A stretch of 64,000 nucleotides of DNA from Camelus ferus. Its lineage: Eukaryota. Below, in pieces: positions 46,291 through 57,520 of the stretch; within the stretch, counting starts at the first letter, position 1; every line of letters starts with the position of its first letter. A program made the position numbers and the translations under genes. The stretch lies in contig NC_045716.1 in the NCBI RefSeq assembly GCF_009834535.1, forward strand, positions 21,266,001-21,330,000, given 5' to 3'. The notes under the pieces are model-generated. The model ran no database searches. It saw only the letters and a program-made list of their open reading frames with translations, and was not told the DNA's origin.

Positions 46291-49200
46291 TCACTCAGGC
46301 TCCCTCAGCACGGCCACCAGCTCCTTCTGTTCTCTGTGTAGAGCCTGACATCAACAGGAGAGAGCAGACTGATTGAGAGGTGAGAAAACCCAACCCTTTC
46401 CCTCCACTGTCCTTGACTCCAGGCCTGGGTTTCCCCCCGGACGACGTGGAAGTGTCTGTACCTCATGTAACAGGCCCAGCAGGGCACTTTAGGAAATCCA
46501 CCCCAATCAGCAAGCGTTTGTGGTAGGCTGTGTGCCGGCCAACTAGGCTGGACCTCCCCAGAGCAGAGCTGTTCCTCAGTAAGGGCCCCTAGGGTGTTCC
46601 GTGATCCTCTGACCTCACTGGGGATTTCTAGCAGAGAAACTTTCTTAAATTAAGTGGACTTTCAGCCAGGCTATAGCCATGGAAGTTGTGGTGAAAAAGA
46701 GCTCTCTGAAGCTCCCACACAGGGCTCAGCACTGAACAGTCAATCCAGCTGACCCACTTCAAACAATGGTTCAGATCTGCAGCTGTAATGGGAGAGGTGT
46801 GGCTATAAGAGCAGGGGGCTTCCTTCCTCCTCTTAAAATAGAAGCACCAAACAGAGCCGGCAGGCCCCGGGGATCACTATTTAGCCACTTTGGCAGCCAG
46901 GGCCCAGAAGGGAGTGAGGGACACTCATGGTGATGGAACAGCAATGGCAGCGCAGCTCCTTGCCTGAGGACTCAGCAGGGCGGCCCTGAGAGTCCCTGAG
47001 ACGTGGCTCTGAGCTGTGGAACCTGCCCCAGGAGACAGCAGCAGGCCGAGGGCCTTGGTTACACCACCTGCATGCCTGCTGTGTAGAGCCTGGGCCGCTC
47101 CACTACACCGCAGACCCCCAGGGCCAGTGTGTTACAGGAGGAGGCTAAGGGGGTGAGGACAAGGGGAGGCAGAACAAGGCGCCAGCCTTTCTCGTACTGC
47201 TGCCTCTCTGAGGCTCAGTGCCTTGCTGAGGCCAGAGCAGGGCCTTCAGGCTGCAGCTGACTGGTCTTGGGAAGAGAAGACCGGGGGACCCAAGAGCCAT
47301 AGATTTGGGACCTATTCCACTCAGGATCAGGAAGGTCTGCCCCAGGGAGGGAGCTGTCAAGTGGCCATAGGTAGACATAGGCTGGACATTTAAATGATGG
47401 AGAGAACCTGACAATGGGCCACCTTTCAAGCCCCACTAGAGACCCTCTTCTGGAACTGCACGTTAAGCCAGTGAGAAATCCATCTCATCACTCTCCGGCT
47501 ACACTTGCTCTGTGTGTCATCCAGCCTGATCACCCTCTTTCCCCTTATTCACCATCTTGGCCCCAAGTGACTTTCAGAAATTCATCCTCAAAGGACACAC
47601 ATTTGTTGCACAGAGGGTATGTTTTAGATATGCTGACAGATCAGAGGGAGATACAGCTCAAGTGGCAGAGTGCCTGCTGAGCATGCACAAGGTCCTGGGT
47701 TCAATCCCAGTACCTCCTCTAAAAGTAAATAAATAAACCTAATCCCCCCACCCAAGAACTATATAAATAAATATTTTTTTAAAAGAAAAAATAGAGCAAC
47801 CTTCGTAGAAAAAAAAAGAAGGAAAAAAAACAAATATGCTGATGGACTAAAGTCATTCTAATGTACACATTTTAAAGGTACTGGGCAGTATCGCATGAGG
47901 TAAAACCTCCCTGGCTACAGAGGGTTAACCCTGACTCTGACGCGGAGAGGTCCGCGTCAGAACCCGGGCAGCATGTGCCTGTGGGCAGGGCCGGGACACT
48001 CACCTGCCAGGCCTGCTGCCGGGCCTGAACCTGCAGCTGCAGCTCCTCTACCTGCCTGCGCCCGGCCAGGACGGCATCTGCCAGCTGCCTGTTCTCGGCC
48101 TCCTGCTTCTGTACACGGCGCTGCAGGGCGTCCCGCTGCTGCAGGAAGTAGGGCACCAGGGTGCTGCGCAGGTCCTTCTCCGGGATCCCACTAGGGCGCC
48201 TGCAGGGCCGCGGAGGGCACAGGGGATGGGGACAGGGAGGGGTGTGTGGGCTGAGGCTTCTCCCTCCAAACCCAGTGGTGGCATTCCTACCTTCAGTCTC
48301 AAGCTGGGCTGGCTTCCAAGGCCTCTCCTATGGTCTCTCTCACTCCCAAGACCCAGCTGCATGGCTCCTGCTGCTGATAGGCATGCTAAGCCCTTACCTC
48401 TCAGCTTCAGCGCCCAGGAATCTACTTCTCCCTTTCTCACCAGCCCGTGTCTTAGCCTTCCTCCTCTCCCCACATACAGTGCCCCCAGCTGTCATGCTCC
48501 AGGCCTACAGGTGACTTTTTTGGCTCCTGTCTCTGTCCTTGTGACCATGGGCCTTGCTGGTGCATCTGCTCCATCTGACTGTGAGCTGGGGGTGGGGGTG
48601 GGGTGGCGGTGGGATGAGCCATCCCAGATGGAGTGGTGGCCCAAGAGCAGGCCCAGACCCTGAGAGACCCTTGCTGGCTAAGGTGGGAAGAAAAGGGAAG
48701 GCAGGTCTGAGAAGGTGAGACTGTAGAGGGTTCTGAGTGTCCAGAGTGAGGAGATGGGTCAGTTCTGATGGGCAGGGGGCTAGAAGCCACTGTAGGTTCT
48801 TTAAAAATTCTTTTTTGGTTACAAAAGTTAGTTCTCTTACATTACTAAGGTCACAAAGCATTAACAAATTGAAAAGCACAAAGGTTTTTACTCCCTCTGC
48901 CCCAGGATTCTACTCAGGCAGGGAAGGGTGGCAGGAGGCAGGAGCTCAGGCCACTTATGGTCTCGGTGGCCTCAACTCTCCACTCCTGTCCCCAGGGCCC
49001 CTTGCTCCGCGCTGCACAGGAGAGCCAGGCAGCAGAGCGGCTCACTGAAACCACAGCCCTGGGAGAGCAAGTCTTTCATGTCTTACTCACTGCTGAATCT
49101 CTGGCATCTGAGACAGTATTGGGCGTATAGTAAGTGCTCCTAAATACTTGTTGAATGAACAAATGAATAAAAACCAGATGCTCAGGCCAGACTAATCGAC

Positions 49201-50534
49201 CTAAGATTCCACACCTCGCTGTTCTACCTCGTCTCACACTACCTACCCTCTCTCCTGCAGGCTAGATGGGTCCTGAAATGAGCTCCCCGGGAAGATTTCC
49301 CTCATTCCAGTCACCTCATACCCCTGGACAACATGGGCTTGCCCCTGGCTCTCCTCCCTAGAGGGGACTATGCACTTGTTTCTCTGTTTTGGGTCACTGT
49401 TTGGTGTTGGTCCTCTCCATCTGTCCCTGTCACAAGGTCCTCTCAGGGGCTGAGAGCCCAGAGTCTCATGCATATGGGTCCACCATAGACGCTCCTTCAA
49501 GATTCGGAAGTGCTGCCTCTTTCCCCGCCCTCGGCCCTCCCGTGGGGAGCAGGCATTGCCCTTCTCACCAGGCCGGCTCCCTGCGGTCTTTGCCTTCTTC
49601 CACAATCACATCCAGTGCATTCAAGACAGCTTCCAGGTTCCCCTCCTCTTTGATTTCAGAGATTTCATCCTGAAGAGAAATGAGGAAAGAGCTATTATGA
49701 TACTAGACTGTTCCATAAGCTGAACTGCTAACAGCACTTAGTAAAACTTTCGCTAATTTAGGTCCTGTGTCTTCATACAAACATTCCAAGTTTTCTACAT
49801 GTGACTTTTATAATTAAGAAAATAAAGTATAAAATGGAAAACATTTGAAAAGGGCCTGCAGCAGGCCTCTCCTCCTGCCATCATCTCTGAATGCTGCCAC
49901 CCCCGCCGTTACCCCCATGCCTGAGCACCATTTGCTGACAGCACACGGACATTTTGCTGCTGAACCAGGCCCATCCTGCAGTGCGACAGCGTGGAAGTGA
50001 AACTCTAGAGAGATCACAGATATTTAAACACATGAATGGACTCCTGTCCTTTTCTGTATCCCCTCTAGGCAGTCCAGTAAATTCAACAATCTGTTAAATG
50101 CCTCCTCTTTGCCAGGCTACACCAGGTACTGGAGATACACAGAGAAGTCAGACCCGGGCCTGTCCTTGCCAAGCTCACAAGGTCTGGTGGGGTAGACAAC
50201 ATCTGAACACAGTTACACACTGCACAATGAGAGAAGGGGCATTCAAGACACCCACATCGTTTGGAGGGAAAGAATGACTGCCACTGCAGCCTGCAGGGCA
50301 TGGAGGACAGATCCATGGACTGAGGGTGGACAGGGGATGAGGGTAGGGTCTCGGCCTTCAAGGGGCTGAGGATCTGGAGGCAGGACCTGAGCCAACAACA
50401 ACCACCCACTGGGCTTCTTGCCACTCACCCGGATAGATGTCTGCAACTGAGTTATAAACTTGTCATAGATCCGCTGGGTCATCTCAGGCTGCAACTGATA
50501 GAAGCGCTTGTAACAGTCAGTGAATCTCCGGTAG
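46291..50534 (-). CDS. PMF1: Polyamine-modulated factor 1 (MIS12 complex subunit NNF1), exons 2-5; exon 1 not in the window
   Basis: Exons 50534-50429, 49669-49569, 48199-48004, 46344-46291 (106/101/196/54 nt). (S)YRRFTDCYKRFYQLQPEMTQRIYDKFITQLQTSIR|DEISEIKEEGNLEAVLNALD...EPAW|RPSGIPEKDL...QQAWQ|ALHREQKELVAVLREPE*. Confidence 0.95.
47641..47833 (+). mobile_element. Full-length tRNA-Ala-derived SINE (Vic-1-like) with TSD
   Basis: A box (tacagctcaagtggcag), B box (gggttcaatccc), 'aaataaacctaatccccc' body and A tail. TSD ATATGCTGA at 47628-47636 and 47834-47842. Confidence 0.88.
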
Positions 50535-50773
50535 CTGGTGGGAAGGACAGAAGGCGAAGGTGGGGAGGGTTAAGGCAGCCCGGCCTCTCCCCACAGGGCT
50601 CTGAGCCTTGTCTACTTCATGGCTCTGGTTAAAGGCAGTGGACACGAAATGCCTCATGGGCAGCTCCCGGCACTGAGAATGGCTCAGCCCCACCAGTCTC
50701 CCCACTTCCTCTCAGCAGAGCCCCAGCTGAGTTCAGGTGTTTCCCCCGTAAGGGTGGGTCACAATGAGGCCAG

Positions 50774-50932
50774 CCATGGTTCTTAAACTTGACCTGACCA
50801 AGCACCAAATCACCAGGAGGGCTTATTAAAACTCAGATCGCTGCCATCCTCCCCACCCCACCCCCCAGTTTTGAATGAGCTCCCAGGTGGTGCTGCTGCT
50901 GCTGTTCTGGGCACCCCACTTTAAGAACCTCT
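50774..50932. mobile_element. MER5A-like (hAT-Charlie) fossil
   Basis: Terminal 'catggttcttaaactt' and 'cactttaagaacc', with internal 'gggcttattaaaactcagat' and 'gctcccaggtggtgctgctgctgctg'. Confidence 0.6.
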
Positions 50933-51364
50933 TCATCCCAGTCCCCATGCAGGGCTGGATTAGGACAGGGCATGTGGCCTCTGGGAGAAGTTCCCTTACT
51001 TCCAAAAAGAGCCACACAGGAAGGAACTGATGTCCTTTCTGTGGGGCATGACTATATTCAGGTGATGGTCCAGCTCCCGGCAACCAAGGGGGACTTAGCC
51101 AGAGGGCAGAGTTTCTAACCTAAGGAGGCAAAGCAGAAAGAGGGAAAAGACCAGGGTCCCCGAGGACATCATCAAGCTGCTGAAAACACCAACCTAGAAC
51201 CACCCTACCTCTGGGCTTCTTGTTAGTGAGGTAATGGAGTTCTCTGATTGTTCAAGCCATTTAAAATCAGGTCCCTGTCACTGGCACTGATAACACCCCT
51301 TGTAGCTGGAAAGGTCAAAGGGTACCCAATATACCCCCAATGGCTTGCTCCTCTTGGACAAAGA

Positions 51365-51950
51365 AACTCAAATAAGTTAAATGAACTCTCTTGGCTGTTT
51401 CCTCTGCCTGCTCTCTCAGGCCCTTCCCCTCCACAAATACTGAGTGCCTCCTATGTGCTGGTCACCAGCAGGTGCTGGGTGTCCCGGGGTGAATGAGACC
51501 AGCACGGCCCTCCTGGAGCTTCCAGTAGAAAGTAGAACTCCATGTGGAGATGATTACTGTGGAGAATGCTTGGAAGGAAAAGGGCTGGGGCTATGGGGAT
51601 GAGAGTGTATCACGGAGATCATCTTTAGGAGTTGGGGGTGGGGGTGAAGGCCTCTCTGATGAAGCAATGTGCAAGGGACCTGCAAAAAGTGTTTGAGCCA
51701 AGGAGGAGCCCACACTTGTGCTTTACTATGGGCCCAGATCCTCTCAGGCTGGTAGGCCCCTGGACAAAGAAGGGGTTAGGTACCCTTTTCCTTCCAAGCA
51801 AGTAAATAAACATAATTACCTGCCCCCTCCCCCAAACAAATGAACAAAAAAACCAAAAAATAAAATTAAAAAAAAAATTTGTGGAGGGGAAGGGCCTGAG
51901 AGAGCAGGCAGAGGAAACAGCCAAGAGAGTTCATTTAACTGATTTGAGTT
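51365..51950. repeat. 74-bp inverted repeat (73/74 identical) with a 438-bp spacer
   Basis: 51365-51438 is the reverse complement of 51877-51950 except at one position (A vs C). Confidence 0.95.
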
Positions 51951-53021
51951 GGTGCCTGGAACCCAATGCACTGCCCCCACCCCACCCAGGGAGTCACAGC
52001 TGGGTCCTCCCTTTCTCATGGGCCTCGGGCCTCCTGACCCAATTCCTACCCCCAAAACAATGCTTTTTGAAACAGGTGCAGAGTGAGAGCAGTGGTGTGC
52101 TTGTAAGAGGTAACTTAAATTTTCAGGAAATCTGTGGGCCAGTTGTTAAACATAGCCATTATTGAAAACTATATAAAGTTACAATAAATTACATTAAAGA
52201 CAAAGGCACTAATTACTCAAAACATATGACCTCCTAGTCATTTCACACATTTCACTCTGCTCCTGAGGTTGCTTCCATTGCTGGTTTCTACCTGTGGAAA
52301 CAGGTGTGCCGCTGCCCATCTCTTCCCAGCCGTGTGTAGCGAGGCTACAGTGGCAGGCTTAGGGGTGTTTACACCTTGGAACCTGGCAAACACTGCAAGC
52401 CAGGGCTTTACTTCTGGACAGTAGGCTGTAAGCGTCTACCAGCACACCTCTGGGTAAGGGTGACAGTCTCCCATCATTCCCAGGGCACACGTTTGATATC
52501 AGTAAACCTTGGAGGCTACAGGCCGAGGTACCAAAAGGACAATACAGAGATGATGGGCATCCTTTCCACCCCCAGCAGAGCCGCAGACATCTTGCTGTTT
52601 TGCCACTGGCTCCACAAGCCACGCAGTCTGTGGCTATATGCAGGAATGTGGAGGACACATGGTGCCTGACCAAGAGCTGGAATTGAAACCGGGTAATTGT
52701 GGCCTGAGATGGGTTTGGCTCGGACGTGGGAGATCCTGTTTCTCCTCCCAGCCCACTGGCTAGGCAGAGGGTCTGAGCTGGGCACATCTCTCCTGGGTTC
52801 AGGCGGCTGGCAGCAGATAGGACCCAGGGCAGGGGTGAGGCACATTCTACCCACCAGTGCTGCTCATCAACTCTTCTGGTGACCCCCTTGGGGTCTGAGA
52901 GTTCAGTGAAAGTGAAGGACCCAGAAACACACACACTGATACAAACACAAAAGGTGGAAAACATGTTGCAAGGACATGGAGGGAGAGCAGCCAGGTTGGA
53001 GTCCAGGAGCAAAGTGATTTT

Positions 53022-53360
53022 TTTTTCCTTTTTTTCTTCTAGTTTCACTGAGATATAATCCACTTATAGCACCTGATAAATTTAAGGTGTACAGCATAAT
53101 GATCTGACTTACATATATTGGGAAATGATTACCACAATAAGTTTAACTAATATCCATCAACTCATATAGAAACAAAAAAGAAAGAAAAGGGGAAAGATAA
53201 AGGTTTCCCTCTTATGAGAACTCTTAGGAACTACTTTCATAATAGCTTTCAAAATGTACCACACAGCAGTGTTAACTGTAGTCAACATGTTGTACATTAC
53301 ATCCCTAGTACTTATTTATCTAATAACTGGAAGTGTGTATCTTTTGACCACCTTCATGCA
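53022..53360 (-). mobile_element. L1 3' UTR fragment
   Basis: T tail, then 'gagatataat...aaatttaaggtgtacagcataatgat...gaaatgattaccacaataagttt...catgttgtacattacatccctagtacttattt'. Confidence 0.7.
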
Positions 53361-53502
53361 ATGCCCTCTCCCCCACCCTCCAGTGATTCCTTTCTTGAGA
53401 GCCAATGCAGAGTTGGGAATGGTGTGAATGCCCCTGTCAATTTCCTGAAAAAATACCTTCACAGAGAAACAAGAAAAGTGATGAATTCAAAAAAAATTCA
53501 TG

Positions 53503-53569
53503 CAATCCCCAATATCTCCATTAAAAAATAAATAAACAAATAAACCTAATTACCTCCCCCCACACACAC
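53503..53569 (+). mobile_element. 5'-truncated Vic-1-like SINE with 10-bp TSD
   Basis: 'caatccccaatatctcc...aataaacctaattacctccccc' flanked by AAAATTCATG at 53493-53502 and 53570-53579. Confidence 0.7.
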
Positions 53570-53954
53570 AAAATTCATGACCACCCCCTCCCCAAACGTC
53601 AAATTTTATTTTCTCATATAAACTCTAAACTTTGTGGACAGGGACACTATCTGCAATGGATCTTCAGGTGTCTTAGATACACAGCAGCACTCAAGACGTG
53701 CTGCAGACCAGGTGACTGGGGCTGAGGGGAGGTCTGGAGCTACCTGGCCCCCAGCTTGTCCCACTCCCAGCCACTTCCCCTACCCTCGACCCCAGGTTAC
53801 CAGGGCCCAGACTACTTGAACAGAGGAATCCTCCCCACAGAGCATTAACAATGGCCACTCTGCCAAGCCCCACTTTGCCCTTGGCTAGAATGGTCTCCTG
53901 GCCTTGGCCTTCCAAGAGTACACAGGGGCCACCCAGCTATGTGCTGGGTAAGTG

Positions 53955-54190
53955 CACTGGCTCTGAAGACTGCCTGTCCTTTTGCCTGGGTTCAAATCCC
54001 ACCTCTACTACTCAGCAGCTGAGTGATCTTGGACAACTTACCTTTAAGCCTCAGTCTCCTCCTCTGTCAAATGGAGACAATAACTATAAGTCACAAAATT
54101 ATTGTGAGGATTAAATGAGGTTTAACATTTACTACAGTGGATAGCATGTGGAAATTCTCCATATTAGCTACAATTATTACTACCATTCTC
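53955..54190 (+). mobile_element. MIR SINE
   Basis: 'gcctgggttcaaatcccacctctactactcagcagctgagtgatcttggacaacttacctttaagcctcagtctcctcctctgtcaaatgg'. Confidence 0.72.
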
Positions 54191-54427
54191 AAAAGAACAG
54201 GCCTTATCACCACTCAGAAGTGTAGGACACAGTCAGTAACTTGGCTTCCCAAAGCTGAGAAGTCTCCTCCCCCGCAGAAGGTAGGTGCTTAGTAAGTGCG
54301 TCTTGGTTGCAGCTGCACGTGCAGGAAGAAACCATTGGCCCCCACTGCAAAGAAAAGGCGAAATTATGGCCCCACAAAAAGGGCCATTTATCATCAATGA
54401 AAGTAACTTTTAAAAACTGCATTTACT

Positions 54428-54799
54428 ATGTAAATCAAAACTACAACAAGGTATCACCTCACACTATCCAAAACAGCCATCATTAAAAATAAGTCCACAA
54501 AGTGCTGGAGAGGGTGTGGAGAAAAGGGAACCCTCCTACATCATTGGTGGGAATGTAATTTGGTGCAGCTACTATGGAAAACAGTATGGAGGTTCCTTAA
54601 AAAACTAAAATTAGAGCTACCATATGATCCAGCAATCCCACTGCTGGGCATATATTCAGAGAAAAGTCTAACTTGAAAAGACACATGCTCCTCAATGTTC
54701 ACAGCAGCACTATTTACAATAGCCAAGACATGGAAGCAACCTAAATATTCATCAACAGATGACAGATAAAGAAGTTGTGGTGTATTTATATAATATGTG

Positions 54800-54830
<31 letters not shown>
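54428..54830 (+). mobile_element. L1 ORF2 C-terminal fragment ending in (TG)13
   Basis: 'ggagagggtgtggagaaaagggaaccctcctaca...atatgatccagcaatcccactgctgggcatatat'; TG run at 54805-54830. Confidence 0.85.
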
Positions 54831-54836
<6 letters not shown>

Positions 54837-55206
54837 CTAAATTTACTGAGTTTCAAAACAGAGATGACTACATTAACTGATTTTAACCTATTTTTTTCTC
54901 TTAAATACTTATTGTGCAGTATCTGAGACACAGTAGCTGTTTTTGAACTCACTGAAAAAGCATTTCATTTACTTTACTAAAAACTAATCATAAATTGAGT
55001 TAGCACATGTTTAACTTAAAATATTTAATCCCAGAAAAAAGCTCTGGTGGCTTGCCAACCTGTCAGTTTATATATGAGATAAATTGTGCAGGAACAGAAA
55101 GACAGAGGCACAGACAAATAAACATGTGTACTAGTGCTAAGGAAGCCCTGCCTTCCTCCTTCATGGTAACTGGCTTGCTGCCCAACTGAATGCCTGTTCC
55201 ACAGAC

Positions 55207-55225
55207 TGTCCACCAGAGGGCGGGC
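55207..55225 (+). promoter_or_regulatory. Candidate CTCF site
   Basis: CCACCAGAGGGCGG at 55210-55223 fits the CTCF core CCASYAGRKGGCRS. Confidence 0.55.
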
Positions 55226-55490
55226 GGGAACTGGTGTTTCCGCCCAGTAAAGGAGTGGAAGGCAAAGGCTGAGACCAAGACAGATAGAAGTTGGGGATCC
55301 CTGTGACAGAAATTCATGCTCTTCACCCCCGACATGTACAGCTGCTGTGTTTCATTAAGAAATGTTTCTCTGTTTGGCCTTTTCCCGTCCCCCCATCTCA
55401 GTCCTGTGTACACTGGGCTGCCCCAGGACTAAGAAAGGGAGAGGGGGAAAAAAAACAGAAATGTTCCTTGATGAAAAATAAGAGGTCAGT

Positions 55491-56793
55491 CAGCTGCATG
55501 TAAATCAATGAAGTCAGAACACTCCCTCACACCATACACAAAAATAAACAGAATGGCTTAAAGATTTAAACATAAGACAGGACACCATAAAACTCTTAGA
55601 ACATAGGCAACACATTCTTTGACATAAATCATAGCAATGCTCTCCTAGGTCAGTCTACCAAAAAAATAAAATAAAAGCAAAAATAAACAAATGGGACCTA
55701 ATCAAACTTATAAGCTTTTGCAGAGCAAAGGAAACCATACACAAAACGAAAAGACAACGTGGACTGGGAGAGAATATTTGCAAACGATGCAACTGATAAG
55801 GGCTTAATTTTCAAAATATATAAACAGCTCATACAATTCAATAACAAAAAAAATTTTTTTAATGGACAGAAGACCTAAATAGACATTTCTTCAAAGAAGA
55901 AATATAGATGGCCAATAGGCACACAAAAAGATGCTCAATATTGCTAATTATCAGAGAAATGCAAATCAAAACTACAACAAGGTATCATCTCACACTATCC
56001 AGAATGGCCATCATTAAAAAGTNNNNNNNNNNNNNNNNNNNNNNNNNNNNNNNNNNNNNNNNNNNNNNNNNNNNNNNNNNNNNNNNNNNNNNNNNNNNNN
56101 NNNNNNNNNNNNNNNNNNNNNNNNNNNNNNNNNNNNNNNNNNNNNNNNNNNNNNNNNNNNNNNNNNNNNNNNNNNNNNNNNNNNNNNNNNTGGAGAAAAC
56201 TCTAGTTTGAAAAGACACATGCTCCTCAATGTTCACAGCAGCACTATTTACAACCGCCAAGATATGGAAGCACCTAAGTGTCCAACAACAGATGGTGGAN
56301 NNNNNNNNNNNNNNNNNNNNNNNNNNNNNNNNNNNNNNNNNNNNNNNNNNNNNNNNNNNNNNNNNNNNNNNNNNNNNNNNNNNNNNNNNNNNNNNNNNNN
56401 NNNNNNNNNNNNNNNNNNNNNNNNNNNNNNNNNNNNNNNNNGTGAAGTAAGTCAGACAGGGAAAGACAAATACATCACTTACGTGTGGAATCTAAAATAT
56501 ATGAATCAACTTACTTACAAAACAGACACAGACTCACAGACATAGAAAGCAAAGTTATGGTTACCGAAGGGAAAACAGGAGGGGAGGGATAAATTAGGAG
56601 TCTGGGATTAACAGATACAAATTACTATATATAAAATTAACAACAAGGTTCTACTGTATAGCACAGGGAACTATATTCAGTATCTTGTAATAAACTATTA
56701 TGGAAAAGAATATGAAAAAGAACTGAATCACTTTGCAGAAACTAACACAACATTGTAAATCAACTATACTTCAATTTAAAAAAAGAAGAAAAG
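55491..56793 (+). mobile_element. 5'-truncated L1 (ORF2 end, 3' UTR, A tail) with 11-bp TSD; contains two N gaps
   Basis: ORF2-like [29 protein letters not shown], 3' UTR 'ggagggataaattaggagtctgggattaacagatac' and an A-rich tail. TSD AAGAGGTCAGT at 55480-55490 and 56794-56804. Gaps at 56023-56190 and 56300-56441. Confidence 0.9.
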
Positions 56794-57329
56794 AAGAGGT
56801 CAGTGATTTATGATGAAGACTATTAAGAAGTTATCGTTTAAAAATTAAAATTGTATCTTTAGGTTATTAGGTCTCAGGCTAATTTTAACCTTTTATTGCT
56901 TGAATTCTTTTGGAAACTGCTAAAAATTAAATAGTGAGAATCTGAAATTGGGATAACTTTTTTCTAAAAAAAAGGAGGAAAAAAACTTCTGATTTGATAA
57001 ATATTAGCATGAAAATTAAAAAATATACCATCAGGGTAACTGTATTCATTTATTCACTTGATAAACACTGAACACTGACCATGTGCCAGGCCGAGGTCAG
57101 TCGTACAAACCCAAAGAAGGGTATATAGTTTGGAAGAAAAGACAGATCAGTGCCCAGGAAAATGAGAATGGGATAGCATGGGGAGCTTAGCAGAGAGCTC
57201 AGGAAGACTCCCTGTAGGAAGCAACATCTGAGACTTAAGAGAGCAGCAGGAGTCGATCAGAGGACAGAAGGCCCCAGCAGTGTAAAGGAAGAGCAGAGAG
57301 CACGTGCACGCCTGTGTGTGAAGACAAAA

Positions 57330-57520
57330 TAACAGGAGAGTGTACTGAGCACGGACTAGAAGCAGGTACTGTTCTAAGCACTCTACACGGAGTAACTCAC
57401 TCAGTCCTCACAATAACTCTATGAGGTAGGGCCTACTATCACCATGACCATTTTTCAGATGCAGACGCTGAGGCAGAGAGAAGCTTGCCGGAGGTCACTC
57501 AGCTGGAATATGGTGGGGCC
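57330..57520 (-). mobile_element. MIR SINE
   Basis: 'ctcactcagtcctcacaataactctatgaggtagggcctactatcaccat...cagatgcagacgctgaggcagagag'. Confidence 0.7.

Noticed and set aside
47079-47092. 14-nt exact copy of the PMF1 last-exon acceptor junction (CAG|GCTCTACACAG; true site 46334-46347), opening a 54-codon frame
   Set aside because: There is no polypyrimidine tract upstream, and one 14-mer match is within chance for a 64-kb window. Worth revisiting only if junction reads 48004->47089 exist.
47644-47720. tRNA-Ala-like sequence (also at 13216-13292 and 25980-26053)
   Set aside because: Degenerate stems, A-rich tails and TSDs show these are SINE heads, not tRNA genes.
52359-53063. 234-aa minus-strand ORF in PMF1 intron 1
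   Set aside because: Begins inside an L1 fragment with a non-ATG start, has low-complexity composition and no recognisable domain.
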